Shown here one piece after another: positions 33,930 to 34,054 of a DNA stretch of 34,054 nt. Below the pieces are notes generated by a model. That model searched no databases. It was not told where the DNA came from and saw only the letters and a list, made by a program, of their open reading frames with translations. Source of the stretch: Nemertoderma westbladi (Eukaryota > Animalia > Xenacoelomorpha); assembly GCA_032718475.1 (NCBI GenBank), contig JAUCBJ010002568.1, positions 1 to 34,054 on the forward strand, written 5' to 3'. Position 1 is the stretch's first letter, and every line of letters begins with the position of its first letter. Both the position numbers and the translations under genes were made by a program.

Positions 33930-34054
33930 GCGCAAACACTCGGGTCCCCAATGCGACAAGGTGAGCTGACTGCCTTGGCAGATAAGCTTTCTCTTAGCGC
34001 AGTGGGTGTTCAAGAGCACCGAATGCAGACTGGACAGACTGATGAGGTTCTGAT
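33930..34054 (+). mobile_element. Start of another LINE apurinic-type endonuclease, running off the right edge
   Basis: Manual translation AQTLGSPMRQGELTALADKLSLSAVGVQEHRM aligns with ARTLKAHTKQGDMVALAMEYNIDIICIQEHRI of the 2069-3895 element. Not in the ORF track. Confidence 0.8.

Overview
AT-rich, repeat-dominated eukaryotic DNA, probably from an invertebrate animal (inferred from the element families). All protein-family assignments were made by eye, without database searches. From left to right: (1) fragments of non-LTR (LINE, RTE-like) retrotransposons at 1-395, 2069-3895 and 33930-34054, the first cut off by a G-rich minisatellite; (2) an intronless RNF8-like RING finger ORF (6637-7218); (3) an 8.6-kb pile-up of eight starts of one ~1.27-kb non-autonomous Helitron/Helentron-like element (7986-16560), with four copies nested inside a fifth, all in one orientation, each carrying RFX X-box-like palindromes about every 150 bp; (4) MITE fragments and a ~1.5-kb tandem duplication; (5) two diverged, internally deleted BEL/Pao LTR retrotransposons joined head-to-head near 26945. 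Each BEL/Pao arm has gag-protease plus pol remnants, then a ~1.6-kb spacer with conserved collinear motifs, then a frameshifted accessory ORF in the env position that resembles a WRN/EXD-type DEDDy 3'-5' exonuclease. This exonuclease-carrying BEL/Pao architecture is the best candidate for an undescribed system.
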